Positions 28,218-37,140 of a DNA stretch of 64,000 nt are shown here, piece by piece. The position numbers and the translations under genes are program-made. Under the pieces are notes generated by a model. That model made no database searches and was not told the origin of the DNA. It worked only from the letters and a program-made list of their open reading frames with translations. The stretch is from positions 5,282 to 69,281 of the forward strand of contig CASEOA010000021.1 in the NCBI GenBank assembly GCA_949289455.1. Reading direction: 5' to 3'. This DNA is from an uncultured Eubacteriales bacterium. GTDB lineage: Bacteria; Bacillota; Clostridia; Oscillospirales; Oscillospiraceae. Position 1 is the stretch's first letter; each line of letters begins with the position of its first letter.

Positions 28218-28544
28218 TTACAGTGCCATGCTCCAGTTGCCCAGCTCATCCAGGATGGGGATGAGCCGCTGGCAGGGCTCGGTGATGCGGTACTCCACCC
28301 GCACCGGCACCTCCAGATACTCCTGCCGTTCCACCAGGCCGTCCTCCTCCAGCTCCCGCAGGGCGTTGGCCAGCACCGTGTTGGACACCCCGTCCAGGGT
28401 CTTTTTCAGCTGGTTGTACCGGGTGGGGCCGTTGTTGTATAGGGAACAGAGGATCTGCATCTTCCATTTGCCGCCGATGAGGGCCAGGGCGTGGTTCAGG
28501 GGGCAGGTCTCCATGCAGGGACAGTTGTCATGGTTGACGGCCAT
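28218..28544 (-). CDS. HxlR family winged-helix regulator
   Basis: CP...AL.LIGGKWK..I, L...LRELEEDGLV.R, VP.RVEY. Confidence 0.93.
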   Translation of the reverse strand: MAVNHDNCPCMETCPLNHALALIGGKWKMQILCSLYNNGPTRYNQLKKTLDGVSNTVLANALRELEEDGLVERQEYLEVPVRVEYRITEPCQRLIPILDELGNWSMAL

Positions 28545-28561
28545 CAGGTCAGTTCCTCCTT

Positions 28562-28624
28562 ACCTGGTAGTTTTTTTCTGCGTTCTTGCGCACAGGAAAT
28601 ATAGGTACTATAATACTACCAGGT
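28562..28624. promoter_or_regulatory. Promoter (TTGCGC-17-TATAAT) enclosed by a 10-bp perfect inverted repeat
   Basis: ACCTGGTAGT 28562-28571 and ACTACCAGGT 28615-28624. Confidence 0.6.
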
Positions 28625-28662
28625 CATGAAAAAGAAAAGAGTTTTTTCAGGAGGGGAACCTT

Positions 28663-29274
28663 ATGCCGCCCTATCTCACCGGTTTGACCATTGGCCTGGC
28701 CTATGTGGCCCCCATCGGGATGCAGAATCTGTTTGTCATCAATTCTGCCCTCACCCAGCCCCGGCATAAGGCCCTGCTGACAGCCCTCATCGTGATTTTC
28801 TTCGACATTACCCTGGCCCTGGCCTGTTTCTTCGGCATCGGCGCCCTGATGGAGCGGTTCACCTGGCTCCAGCTGGTGATTTTGCTGGTAGGGGGCGCCA
28901 TCGTGGTGTGGATCGGGATTGGCCTGCTGCGGGACAAGCCTACCATGGATCACGATGTGGACGTGAATATCTCCCTGCCCAAGGTGGCGGCACGGGCCTG
29001 TGTGGTCACCTGGTTCAATCCCCAGGCCATCCTGGACGGCACCATGCTCTTCGGCGGCTTCCGGGCGGACAACCCCGGCGCGGTGAGCACCCAGCTGATC
29101 CTGGGCTCCTCCACCGCCTCTTTCCTGTGGTTTTTCGGCATCACGGTGCTGATCTCCCTGTTTTCCGCCAAGTTCAACGACAAGATCCTCCGGGTCATCA
29201 ACGTGGTCTGCGGCATCATTATCATCTTTTACGGCGGCAAGCTGCTGTGGAAGTTTTTCCAGATGGTCCTTTGA
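28663..29274 (+). CDS. LysE/ArgO family amino acid exporter
   Basis: APIGMQN.FVI, VTWFNPQA.LD, about 6 TM. Confidence 0.9.
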   Translation: MPPYLTGLTIGLAYVAPIGMQNLFVINSALTQPRHKALLTALIVIFFDITLALACFFGIGALMERFTWLQLVILLVGGAIVVWIGIGLLRDKPTMDHDVDVNISLPKVAARACVVTWFNPQAILDGTMLFGGFRADNPGAVSTQLILGSSTASFLWFFGITVLISLFSAKFNDKILRVINVVCGIIIIFYGGKLLWKFFQMVL

Positions 29275-29304
29275 GGCCAACTCAGTTCGGTATAATAACA
29301 GCAT

Positions 29305-29341
29305 AAAAAATCCGCGGATCAATCAGATCCGCGGATTTTTT
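29305..29341. terminator. Bidirectional terminator
   Basis: AAAAAATCCGCGGATC...GATCCGCGGATTTTTT. Confidence 0.85.
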
Positions 29342-29348
29342 GATGGAA

Positions 29349-30011
29349 TTAAGGCAGCAGTGTGGGGATCAGCTCCGCCAGGGCAGTGGCCAGCCGGGCG
29401 TGGGCCCCCCGGGTCAGGTGCATGAAGTCAATGTGGTTGCAGTCGAGGCCCAGGGTGTTGGCGTCCAGGAAGTGGCAGCCGTTTCGTTCGGCCACCTCCC
29501 GGTACACCGGGGCCAGTCCCCGGGTGATCTCCACGCAGCGGGGGCCCATCTCACCGGCCACCGGAGAGGTGAGCACCCCTGGCTCGATGGACTTGGGGGC
29601 CACGATGAGGATGTTGGGGCGGGCTCCGCCCCAACAGTCGGTGGCCATGGCCTGCTGCACCAGCCGTTCCATCCCCCGGCCAATGACATAGGCGTTGGCG
29701 GAAAACCGCTCCTTGGCGTCGTTGGTGCCCAGCATGATCACCAGCAGGTGGATGGGGCGGTGGCTTTTCAGGATGGGCCGCAGGTGGGCCAGGGCACACA
29801 GACCCTCCTCCACCGGGTCGTCAAAGACAGTGGTGCGGCCGGACATTCCCTCTTCCAGCATCAGATAGCCCTCCCCCAGGGCTTTTTGCAGCAGGCAGGG
29901 CCAGCGCTCGTCCTCGTTGAACCGGCGCAGAACCCCGTCGGCCCCGTCGGCAGGGTCGGCGCAGTAGCCGTGGGTGTTGGAGTCCCCCAGACAGAGGATG
30001 TGGCGGCGCAC
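29349..30011 (-). CDS. SGNH/GDSL hydrolase (candidate sialate O-acetylesterase)
   Basis: GDSNT, GMSGRT, LGTND and DFMH blocks; GTG immediately after the ROK stop. Confidence 0.85.
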   Translation of the reverse strand: MRRHILCLGDSNTHGYCADPADGADGVLRRFNEDERWPCLLQKALGEGYLMLEEGMSGRTTVFDDPVEEGLCALAHLRPILKSHRPIHLLVIMLGTNDAKERFSANAYVIGRGMERLVQQAMATDCWGGARPNILIVAPKSIEPGVLTSPVAGEMGPRCVEITRGLAPVYREVAERNGCHFLDANTLGLDCNHIDFMHLTRGAHARLATALAELIPTLLP

Positions 30012-31391
30012 TTACTTGAGCTCGGGCAGGGAGGCGGCGGCCACGGACTGGCCCACCCGGCGGGCCTTCTCGTCGGGCAGGGTGGGGTTGATCTGACCGG
30101 CGATCTCAGGATACTCGTCGGCCAGGACGTTCTTGCAGGTCTCCAGGATGATGTCGCCGCCCTTGCCGGACATGACCCGGCCCAGCAGCAGCACATGTTT
30201 GAAGCCATAGAAGTGGTGATACAGCGCCAGGGAGTGGCCCAGGTACACGCCGATGGAGCGGTAGAGGGCGGCGGCGCCGGGATCATCGGCCTCCATGGCC
30301 TTCTGGACCACCTTCAGCTTCTCGGCGGGGGAGAGGGCGGGGTCCAGCTCAATGCCGGCGGCGGGGGCCAGCTTGATGACGCCGTCCTGGGAGAAGTACT
30401 TCACGCCGCAGCCGATGTCCCCAGACCACTCGTCCTCCATGGCGTTGGGGGACACGTCCACCGGGGCGAAGGCCAGCTCGTTGAGCCAGCCGGTGATGTT
30501 GCCGTTGGCGTCCACGAAGCCCACGGCCTCGCTGGTGCCCATGGCGATGCCCAGGATGTTGTTCTCCTCCAGGCTCATGGCGCCGGCCAGGGCGGACACG
30601 TCGCCGTCGTTGGCCACCACATAGGGTACGTCGCCGAAGGTGTCCTTGATGGCCCGGATGTAGATGTCCTTCACCTTGGCGTCAAAGTCCTCCTTGGGCA
30701 CCTTGAGGAAGAGGGAGGCCACCATGGTGCGGTTCTCGATGTAGATGCCGGCGGAGGACACGCCCACCGCGTCCACCCGGGGCATGTGCTCGGCGGCGGA
30801 CTTGAGGGCGGCCACAATGCCGTCATAGTGGTAGTCGGGATCGGCGGTGGTCTTGGGGAACCAGACCACCTCTTCGGAGAACACGGGCTGGCCGTCGATG
30901 ACGGCGGACACCTTCCGGTCGGAGCCGCCGGCGTCAAAGCCGATGCGGCAGCCGGCCAGGTGGCGGCCTACCGCCTGGGGATTGCTGTACTCGGCGGGAA
31001 CGGCGTCGCAGTACACCACCTCAAAGGGCTTCTCATACACATTGGACATGAAGTCGGCGTCAAAGGCCCGCTTGCCGCCCACGCAGTAGGTGGCCTTCAT
31101 GGCCTCGTAGATATCCTTGTCGCCGCTGATGTACACCTTGAAGCCGCCCATATACCACAGCATGGACTTGATAATCCGATCCACATAGTAGATATCGGCC
31201 TCGGCCATGTCGGGGGTGCCGTGGATGAAGGTCTTGTAGACGGCCACCTCGCCGCCGGCCCGCTCCACCGCCAGGTCCAGGGGCTTTTTGGCGTCCTTCA
31301 GGAAGGAGGCGCGGAATTTGCCCAGGGGGAGGAAGCCGGGGTCCAGCTCAGGTACGTTTTTGACGGGGACTTCAATTCCAAGATGTTTCAT
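30012..31391 (-). CDS. Atypical ROK family sugar kinase (candidate GlcNAc/ManNAc kinase)
   Basis: GFDAGGSD, VGVSSAG, VANDGDVSALA, MGTSEAVG; about 145-aa non-HTH N-terminal extension; no CxCGxxGC motif. Confidence 0.8.
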   Translation of the reverse strand: MKHLGIEVPVKNVPELDPGFLPLGKFRASFLKDAKKPLDLAVERAGGEVAVYKTFIHGTPDMAEADIYYVDRIIKSMLWYMGGFKVYISGDKDIYEAMKATYCVGGKRAFDADFMSNVYEKPFEVVYCDAVPAEYSNPQAVGRHLAGCRIGFDAGGSDRKVSAVIDGQPVFSEEVVWFPKTTADPDYHYDGIVAALKSAAEHMPRVDAVGVSSAGIYIENRTMVASLFLKVPKEDFDAKVKDIYIRAIKDTFGDVPYVVANDGDVSALAGAMSLEENNILGIAMGTSEAVGFVDANGNITGWLNELAFAPVDVSPNAMEDEWSGDIGCGVKYFSQDGVIKLAPAAGIELDPALSPAEKLKVVQKAMEADDPGAAALYRSIGVYLGHSLALYHHFYGFKHVLLLGRVMSGKGGDIILETCKNVLADEYPEIAGQINPTLPDEKARRVGQSVAAASLPELK

Positions 31392-31485
31392 AGGAATCCT
31401 CCTTATATATGTGAGAAGATGACAAATCGCTCTACGTATAGGCTATCAGTTTTTTTCAATCTGTCAAGGGAATTTTCACATTTCT

Positions 31486-31498
31486 GAAAATTATTTTC
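31486..31498. promoter_or_regulatory. Putative NanR (RpiR-family) operator
   Basis: Palindrome GAAAATTATTTTC between divergent ROK and AGE promoters (TTGACG-17-TATGAT at 31509-31537). Confidence 0.65.
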
Positions 31499-31584
31499 CA
31501 AAATCCTCTTGACGGGAACTGTACCGGCAGGTATGATGGTCTTAACGGGAGGGCTCTCCCAATCATGAAAGGTGGACTGATACA

Positions 31585-32796
31585 ATGGATATCACTGCTC
31601 GTCTGCAGGATCATCAGAAGTGGATCAGAGAGGAGCTGGAGCGGAGCATTTCGTTCTGGCTGAAGAACGGCATGGACCCGGTGAACGGCGGCGTGTACAC
31701 CTGCCTGGACCGGGAGGGCAAGATCTTCTCCACCGACAAGAGTGTGTGGATGCAGGGCCGCTGTGCCTGGACCTTTGCCTACCTGTGCCACACCTACGGG
31801 GTGAAGGAGGAGTGGCTGGCCGCCAGCAAGAGCTGTCTGGACTTTATGGAGAAGTACTGCATCAACCGTGAGGCGGGCAACCGGATGTACTTCACCGTTA
31901 CCGGGGACGGCAAGCCCCTGCGCCAGCGCCGCTACTGCTTCTCCGAAGGCTTTTACGCCATCGCCAACGCCGAGTACTACGGAGTCACCGGCGACAAGGT
32001 CTGCCTGGAGCGGGCCCGGGCCGCCTATGACCTGATCTGGAACCTGAACAACGGCCTCATCCAGGACCCCACCGGCATGGGTCCCAAGACCATCCCCGAG
32101 ACCAGGTCCGGCCGTGCCCTGGCCAACCCCATGATCTATCTGAATATCACCTCCGTGCTCCGCCGGGTGGACCCGGAGCAGGCCGAGCTGTACAACCAGC
32201 GGGCCTCCCAGTGCGTGGATGAGATCTTCCGCTACCACTATAAGCCCGAGCTGGGCTGCACCCTGGAGAGCGTGGGCCCCAACGGCGAGTTCCGGGGCGA
32301 CGTCACCGAGGGCCGGGTGGTCAACCCCGGCCACGACATCGAATGCTCCTGGTTCCTGATGGAGGACGCCAACCTCCGGGGCAACAAGGAGCAGCACGCC
32401 ACCGCCGTTAAGATTTTTGACCAGGCCATCAACGCCGGCTGGGACAAGGAGTACGGCGGCCTGCTCTACTTCATTGACTGCCTGGGCCGTCCGCCCGAGG
32501 CCTATGAGCACGACATGAAGCTGTGGTGGCCCCATGACGAGACCCTCATCGCCTCTATCATGATCTACCGGGACACCGGGGACGAGAAGTACCTGGGCTG
32601 GTTTGAAAAGACTCTGGAGTACTGCAAGCAGTATTTCTCCGATCCGGAGTACGGCGATTGGTTCGGCTACCTCCGCCGGGATGGCAAGCCCACCGAGCCT
32701 CCCTGCAAGGGCTCTACCTTCAAGGGCCCCTTCCACCTGCCCCGAATGCTTATTATGTGCGACGTGATGATCGGCCAGATCATGGAGCGGAATTGA
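31585..32796 (+). CDS. N-acylglucosamine 2-epimerase (AGE family; ManNAc to GlcNAc)
   Basis: DKSVWMQGR, NPGHDIECSWF, KLWWPH.E, KGPFHLPR. Confidence 0.93.
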   Translation: MDITARLQDHQKWIREELERSISFWLKNGMDPVNGGVYTCLDREGKIFSTDKSVWMQGRCAWTFAYLCHTYGVKEEWLAASKSCLDFMEKYCINREAGNRMYFTVTGDGKPLRQRRYCFSEGFYAIANAEYYGVTGDKVCLERARAAYDLIWNLNNGLIQDPTGMGPKTIPETRSGRALANPMIYLNITSVLRRVDPEQAELYNQRASQCVDEIFRYHYKPELGCTLESVGPNGEFRGDVTEGRVVNPGHDIECSWFLMEDANLRGNKEQHATAVKIFDQAINAGWDKEYGGLLYFIDCLGRPPEAYEHDMKLWWPHDETLIASIMIYRDTGDEKYLGWFEKTLEYCKQYFSDPEYGDWFGYLRRDGKPTEPPCKGSTFKGPFHLPRMLIMCDVMIGQIMERN

Positions 32797-32806
32797 GAGG
32801 GCGGCC

Positions 32807-33661
32807 ATGCCCATCGTCAATGTCTTTGAGAAGATCAACGGTGAGTACTATCAGCTGACCAGCGCCGAGAAAAAGGTGGCCGACTACGCAGTCATCCACC
32901 AGCAGCAGACCCAGTTCATGTCCATCTCCGAGCTGGCGGAGGAGGCGGGGGTGGCCGAGGCCACCATCTCCCGCTTCTGCAAGCGGCTGGGGTATAAAGG
33001 ATACAGCGCCTTCAAGCTGGCCATTGCCAACGCCACCGCCGGTCGGCAGGAACCGGGAGCTATCCGGCGGGAGGGCCTGGAGGAGGACAGCCTGGAGGGG
33101 ATCTGCCGGGCGGCCTACGAGAATGATGTGGACGCCCTGCGGCAGACCATGGAGCTGCTGCGGCCTGAATTCATCCGCAAGGCGGCGGATATGATCGCCT
33201 CCGCCGGGCGGGTGCTGTGCATGGGGCAGGGGGGGTCCATGATCCTGGCCCAGGAGTGTGCCCACCTGTTCAGCACCATCCAGATGAATTTTCAAGCAGT
33301 GATGGACTCCCACATGCAGGCCATTGCCGCCTCCCAGCTGACGGCAGGGGACGTGGTGATCTACTTTTCCTACTCCGGCTCCACCACCGCCCTGCTGAAA
33401 AACCTCCAGCTCATCCAGGAGCGGAAGGCCCGCTCCATCCTGGTGACTCGGTTTCCCAAATCCCCCGGCGCGGCCTACGCCGACGTGGTGCTCCAGTGCG
33501 GCGCCCGGGAAGGCCCTCTCCAGGGGGGGTCGGTGGCCGCCCGGGTGGCACAGCTCTATCTTATGGACGTGCTGTTCCGGGAGATCTGCCGCCGGGATCC
33601 GGAGGGCTGCCGCAGCAGGCAGGAAATGGTAGCTGAAGTGCTTTCTGATAAGCACATTTGA
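32807..33661 (+). CDS. RpiR/MurR family regulator (NanR-like)
   Basis: SISELAEEAGV.EATISRFCKRLGYKGY HTH; SIS domain SYSGST. Confidence 0.93.
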   Translation: MPIVNVFEKINGEYYQLTSAEKKVADYAVIHQQQTQFMSISELAEEAGVAEATISRFCKRLGYKGYSAFKLAIANATAGRQEPGAIRREGLEEDSLEGICRAAYENDVDALRQTMELLRPEFIRKAADMIASAGRVLCMGQGGSMILAQECAHLFSTIQMNFQAVMDSHMQAIAASQLTAGDVVIYFSYSGSTTALLKNLQLIQERKARSILVTRFPKSPGAAYADVVLQCGAREGPLQGGSVAARVAQLYLMDVLFREICRRDPEGCRSRQEMVAEVLSDKHI

Positions 33662-33679
33662 CCACGGACGGCGGATTTT

Positions 33680-33759
33680 GAAAAAAATTTGCAGAGTCGA
33701 TAAAAAAAGAAAAAAATCAGCGTTTTACTATTGACAAATCCTGAGCTGAACTGTACAAT
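33680..33759 (+). promoter_or_regulatory. Promoter of the sialic acid uptake/catabolism operon with a degenerate operator
   Basis: TTGACA(33731)-17-TACAAT; GAAAAAAATTTGC at 33680-33692. Confidence 0.65.
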
Positions 33760-33826
33760 CTACACAACGGGTTACCGCAAAGGTAATCACATTCTTATTC
33801 AAAAAAATAAGAGGAGGAAGTATGAA

Positions 33827-35179
33827 ATGAAGAAACGGATTCTTGCGCTCCTGCTGGCCGCTTCCATGTCCCTGGGCCTGGCGGCCTGCGGCGGCGGTGG
33901 CGGCACCACCCAGACTCCCGCCGGCGGCGAGAGCAGCACCCCCTCCGGCGGCGGCGACACCAGCTCCGTGGAGCTGAGCCTGTGGGCCTTCAACATCGGC
34001 GGCTTCACCGACGCCGCTGCCTGGGACTCCATCGTGGCGGCCTTTAAGGAGGCCAACCCCGGCATCAACGTGACCGTGACCCCCATCAACTACCAGGACG
34101 GCGACCAGAAGCTGACCACCGCTATCAGCTCCGGCAACGCCCCCGACATCATCTTTGAGGGCCCCGAGCGCATCGTGGGCAACTACGCCCGTGAAGATCT
34201 GATGGTGGACCTGTCCGACCTGTGGACCGCCAGCGGCTCCGATATCGCCGAGGGCATCTCTTCCGTGTCCCAGCTGGATGGTACTTACTACATGTATCCC
34301 CTGAGCGTGGCTGCCCACTGCATGGCCATCAACTACGAGGCCTTTGAGGCCGCCGGTGCTCTCCAGTACCTGGATGAGACCACCCGTACCTGGACTACCG
34401 ATAACTTTGTGAAGGCCATGGAGGCCATCCGTGACGCCGCTGCCGCCGGTACCATCAACATCACCGTGCCCGGTATCATCTACTGCGGCGCCCAGGGCGG
34501 CGACCAGGGCACCCGTGCTCTCGTCAACAACCTGTACTCCGACTACTATGTCAACGAGGACGGCACCTCCTACCTGGCCAACAGCGAGAACAACGTGAAG
34601 GCTCTCAAGCTGCTGCAGGATATGGTGAACAACGGCTCCATGAGCGCCAACGCCAGCTTCGCCGCTTCCGACGAGCTGCAGGCTTTTGCCAACCAGACCT
34701 GCGCCGTGAGCTTCTGCTGGAACTACTCCAACTACACTCAGTACGCTGAGCAGACCCAGTTCACCCCCTTTGCCATGGCTTTCCCCTCTGACGACGGCAC
34801 TCCCGAGCTGGAGATGGCCGGCCCCTACGGCTTCGGCGTGTTCAACAACGGCGACCAGACCAAGATCGACGCCGCCAAGAAGTTTGTGGACTTCGTGTGC
34901 AACGACCAGACCACCGGCACCGAGGCTGTGAAGGTCACCGGTTTCTTCCCCGTCCACAGTGACTGGGGCGATGTCTATGCTGACGCCGAGGACGCCGACG
35001 TCCGCGCTCCCTTCGCTCTGATGAGCGACTATCTGGGCCGGTACTACGCCCTGACCGGCGGCTGGACCGAGCAGCGCGCCCTGTGGTGGCCCATGCTCCA
35101 GGCGATCATGACCACCGGCGCCGACGTGCAGACCGCGGCCGATGACTTCGTGACCCAGGCCAACGCCAACATCGGCTAA
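33827..35179 (+). CDS. Carbohydrate ABC transporter substrate-binding lipoprotein (probably sialic acid)
   Basis: Lipobox LAAC, CUT1 SBP features (APDIIF, DG..Y.YP), GAGGAGG RBS, nan context. Confidence 0.88.
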   Translation: MKKRILALLLAASMSLGLAACGGGGGTTQTPAGGESSTPSGGGDTSSVELSLWAFNIGGFTDAAAWDSIVAAFKEANPGINVTVTPINYQDGDQKLTTAISSGNAPDIIFEGPERIVGNYAREDLMVDLSDLWTASGSDIAEGISSVSQLDGTYYMYPLSVAAHCMAINYEAFEAAGALQYLDETTRTWTTDNFVKAMEAIRDAAAAGTINITVPGIIYCGAQGGDQGTRALVNNLYSDYYVNEDGTSYLANSENNVKALKLLQDMVNNGSMSANASFAASDELQAFANQTCAVSFCWNYSNYTQYAEQTQFTPFAMAFPSDDGTPELEMAGPYGFGVFNNGDQTKIDAAKKFVDFVCNDQTTGTEAVKVTGFFPVHSDWGDVYADAEDADVRAPFALMSDYLGRYYALTGGWTEQRALWWPMLQAIMTTGADVQTAADDFVTQANANIG

Positions 35180-35206
35180 ACCCCCTATTCCAAGAAGGTT
35201 GACCCG

Positions 35207-35258
35207 ACCTGAGCAAATCTGTGCCCGCTCCCTGTGAGGGGGCGGGCACAGTTGCTGA
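35207..35258 (+). other. Intercistronic stem-loop after the SBP gene
   Basis: CTGTGCCCGCTCCC...GGGGGCGGGCACAG with no U-tract; typical mRNA stabiliser position. Confidence 0.55.
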
Positions 35259-35310
35259 TATCTGGCAATCCTAAGGTACCAAAATATGTGTTGAAAGAGG
35301 GGAGATACTT

Positions 35311-36240
35311 ATGGCGCAGAATGCCGTAGCAACCGGCAAGAAACCAAAGAAGGAAAAGCGTTCTCAGTTCTCCGGAATGAGTAAGGCGCTGGTTCGGAGA
35401 GAAACCATCTCCGCCTACCTGTTCCTGCTGCCCAGCTTGGTGTTCTTTATTGGTTTCGTTGTCATTCCCATGTTCATCTGCGTATTCTACAGCTTTATGG
35501 AATACGGCCTGGGCGGCATCAAGGGCTTTGCCGGCCTGGATAACTACATCAAGCTCTTCCAGGACCCTGTGTTCCACCAGGGCTTCCTGAACACTCTGCT
35601 CATCGTGGTGATCGCGGTGCCTTGTGTCACTGCCTTCTCCCTGTGGGTGAGCTCCGCCATCTATAAGATGCACGCCTTCACCCGCTCCTTCTTCCGCTGC
35701 GTGTTCTACCTGCCGGTGGTTACCGGCTCGGTGGCCATCACCGTGGTGTGGAAGTGGATCCTGCACCCCTACAACGGCATCCTGAACCAGCTGACCGGGA
35801 CCACCGGCTTTGACTGGCTGGGCAATTCGTCCACCGCCGTCTGGTTCATCATCCTGATCCTGTTCACCACCTCCATCGGCCAGCCCATCGTGCTGTACGT
35901 GGCGGCCCTGGGCAACGTGGATCAGTCCCTGGTGGAGGCCGCCTCCGTGGACGGCGCCACCAAGCTCCAGGTGTTCTGGAAGATCAAGTGGCCTCAGATC
36001 ATGCCCACCACCCTGTACGTGCTGGTTATCACCACCATCAACTCCTTCCAGTGCTTCGCGCTGATCCAGTTGTTGACCAAGGGCGGGCCCATGAACGCCA
36101 CCATGACCATCATGTACCAGGTCTACGACACCGCTTACCGGCTCAACGACCTGGGCTACGCCAACGCCATCGGCGTCATCCTGGCCATCATCATCGCGAT
36201 CTTCTCTGCCATCCAGTTCAAAGTGGTCAAGACTGATTAA
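35311..36240 (+). CDS. Carbohydrate ABC transporter permease 1
   Basis: GLDNY, EAASVDGA (EAA loop), about 6 TM. Confidence 0.93.
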   Translation: MAQNAVATGKKPKKEKRSQFSGMSKALVRRETISAYLFLLPSLVFFIGFVVIPMFICVFYSFMEYGLGGIKGFAGLDNYIKLFQDPVFHQGFLNTLLIVVIAVPCVTAFSLWVSSAIYKMHAFTRSFFRCVFYLPVVTGSVAITVVWKWILHPYNGILNQLTGTTGFDWLGNSSTAVWFIILILFTTSIGQPIVLYVAALGNVDQSLVEAASVDGATKLQVFWKIKWPQIMPTTLYVLVITTINSFQCFALIQLLTKGGPMNATMTIMYQVYDTAYRLNDLGYANAIGVILAIIIAIFSAIQFKVVKTD

Positions 36241-36254
36241 AGGGGGGTGAGAAC

Positions 36255-37097
36255 ATGAAAGCTAAAACTGATTTGAGCGGTACTTCTACCGGTTATAAGG
36301 TATTTGCCGTGGTGGTTCTGATCCTGCTGGCGCTGTTCTTCCTGTTCCCCCTGTACTGGATCGTCACCGGCTCCTTCAAGGACGCCATCGAGATCAACGC
36401 CAAGTATCCCGTCTGGTTCCCCATGAGCCCCACCACCGACAACTATTCCCGGCTGTTTGAGCACGAAGCCTTCCTGTGGCTGTTCAACATCGTGTTTATC
36501 TCCGCCATGGCCATGATCCTCACCTGCCTCACCGCCGCCTTTGCCGGCTACGCGCTGGGCAAGAAGCGGTTCTATGGCCGGAGCATTCTGTTTACCATCA
36601 TCATCTGCGCCATGGCCCTGCCCAAGCAGGTTATCGTTATCCCCCTGCTGCAGGAGATGACCTTCTTCCACATGAACAACAACCTGTGGGCGGTCATCCT
36701 GCCCACCGTAGGCTGGCCCTTCGGCGTGTTCCTGATGAAGCAGTTCTCCGAGACCATCCCCAACGAGATCCTGGAGGCCGCCCGTGTGGACGGCGCCGGC
36801 GAGCTGCGCACTTTCTTCAGCGTGGTCTTCCCCATGATCAAGCCCGGCATCGGCGCTCTGGCTATCTTCACCTTCGTCAATACCTGGAACGACTACTTCC
36901 TCCAGCTGGTCATGCTGACCAGTGAGTGGAACTGGACCCTGCCCCTGGCCATCGCCAACCTCCAGGGCGAAATGTCCTCCGACTTCGGCCTGATTATGGC
37001 CGGCGCCGCCCTGGCCGCCATCCCCATCGTGGTGGTGTTCATCGCCTTCCAGAAGTACTTCACCCAGGGCATCGCCATGGGCGCTGTCAAGGGCTAA
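36255..37097 (+). CDS. Carbohydrate ABC transporter permease 2
   Basis: EAARVDGA, WNDY, FQKYFTQGI..GAVKG. Confidence 0.93.
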   Translation: MKAKTDLSGTSTGYKVFAVVVLILLALFFLFPLYWIVTGSFKDAIEINAKYPVWFPMSPTTDNYSRLFEHEAFLWLFNIVFISAMAMILTCLTAAFAGYALGKKRFYGRSILFTIIICAMALPKQVIVIPLLQEMTFFHMNNNLWAVILPTVGWPFGVFLMKQFSETIPNEILEAARVDGAGELRTFFSVVFPMIKPGIGALAIFTFVNTWNDYFLQLVMLTSEWNWTLPLAIANLQGEMSSDFGLIMAGAALAAIPIVVVFIAFQKYFTQGIAMGAVKG

Positions 37098-37140
37098 GTT
37101 TCCACCCGCTCTATCAATCATTTGAGAGAAGGTTTTTAAC

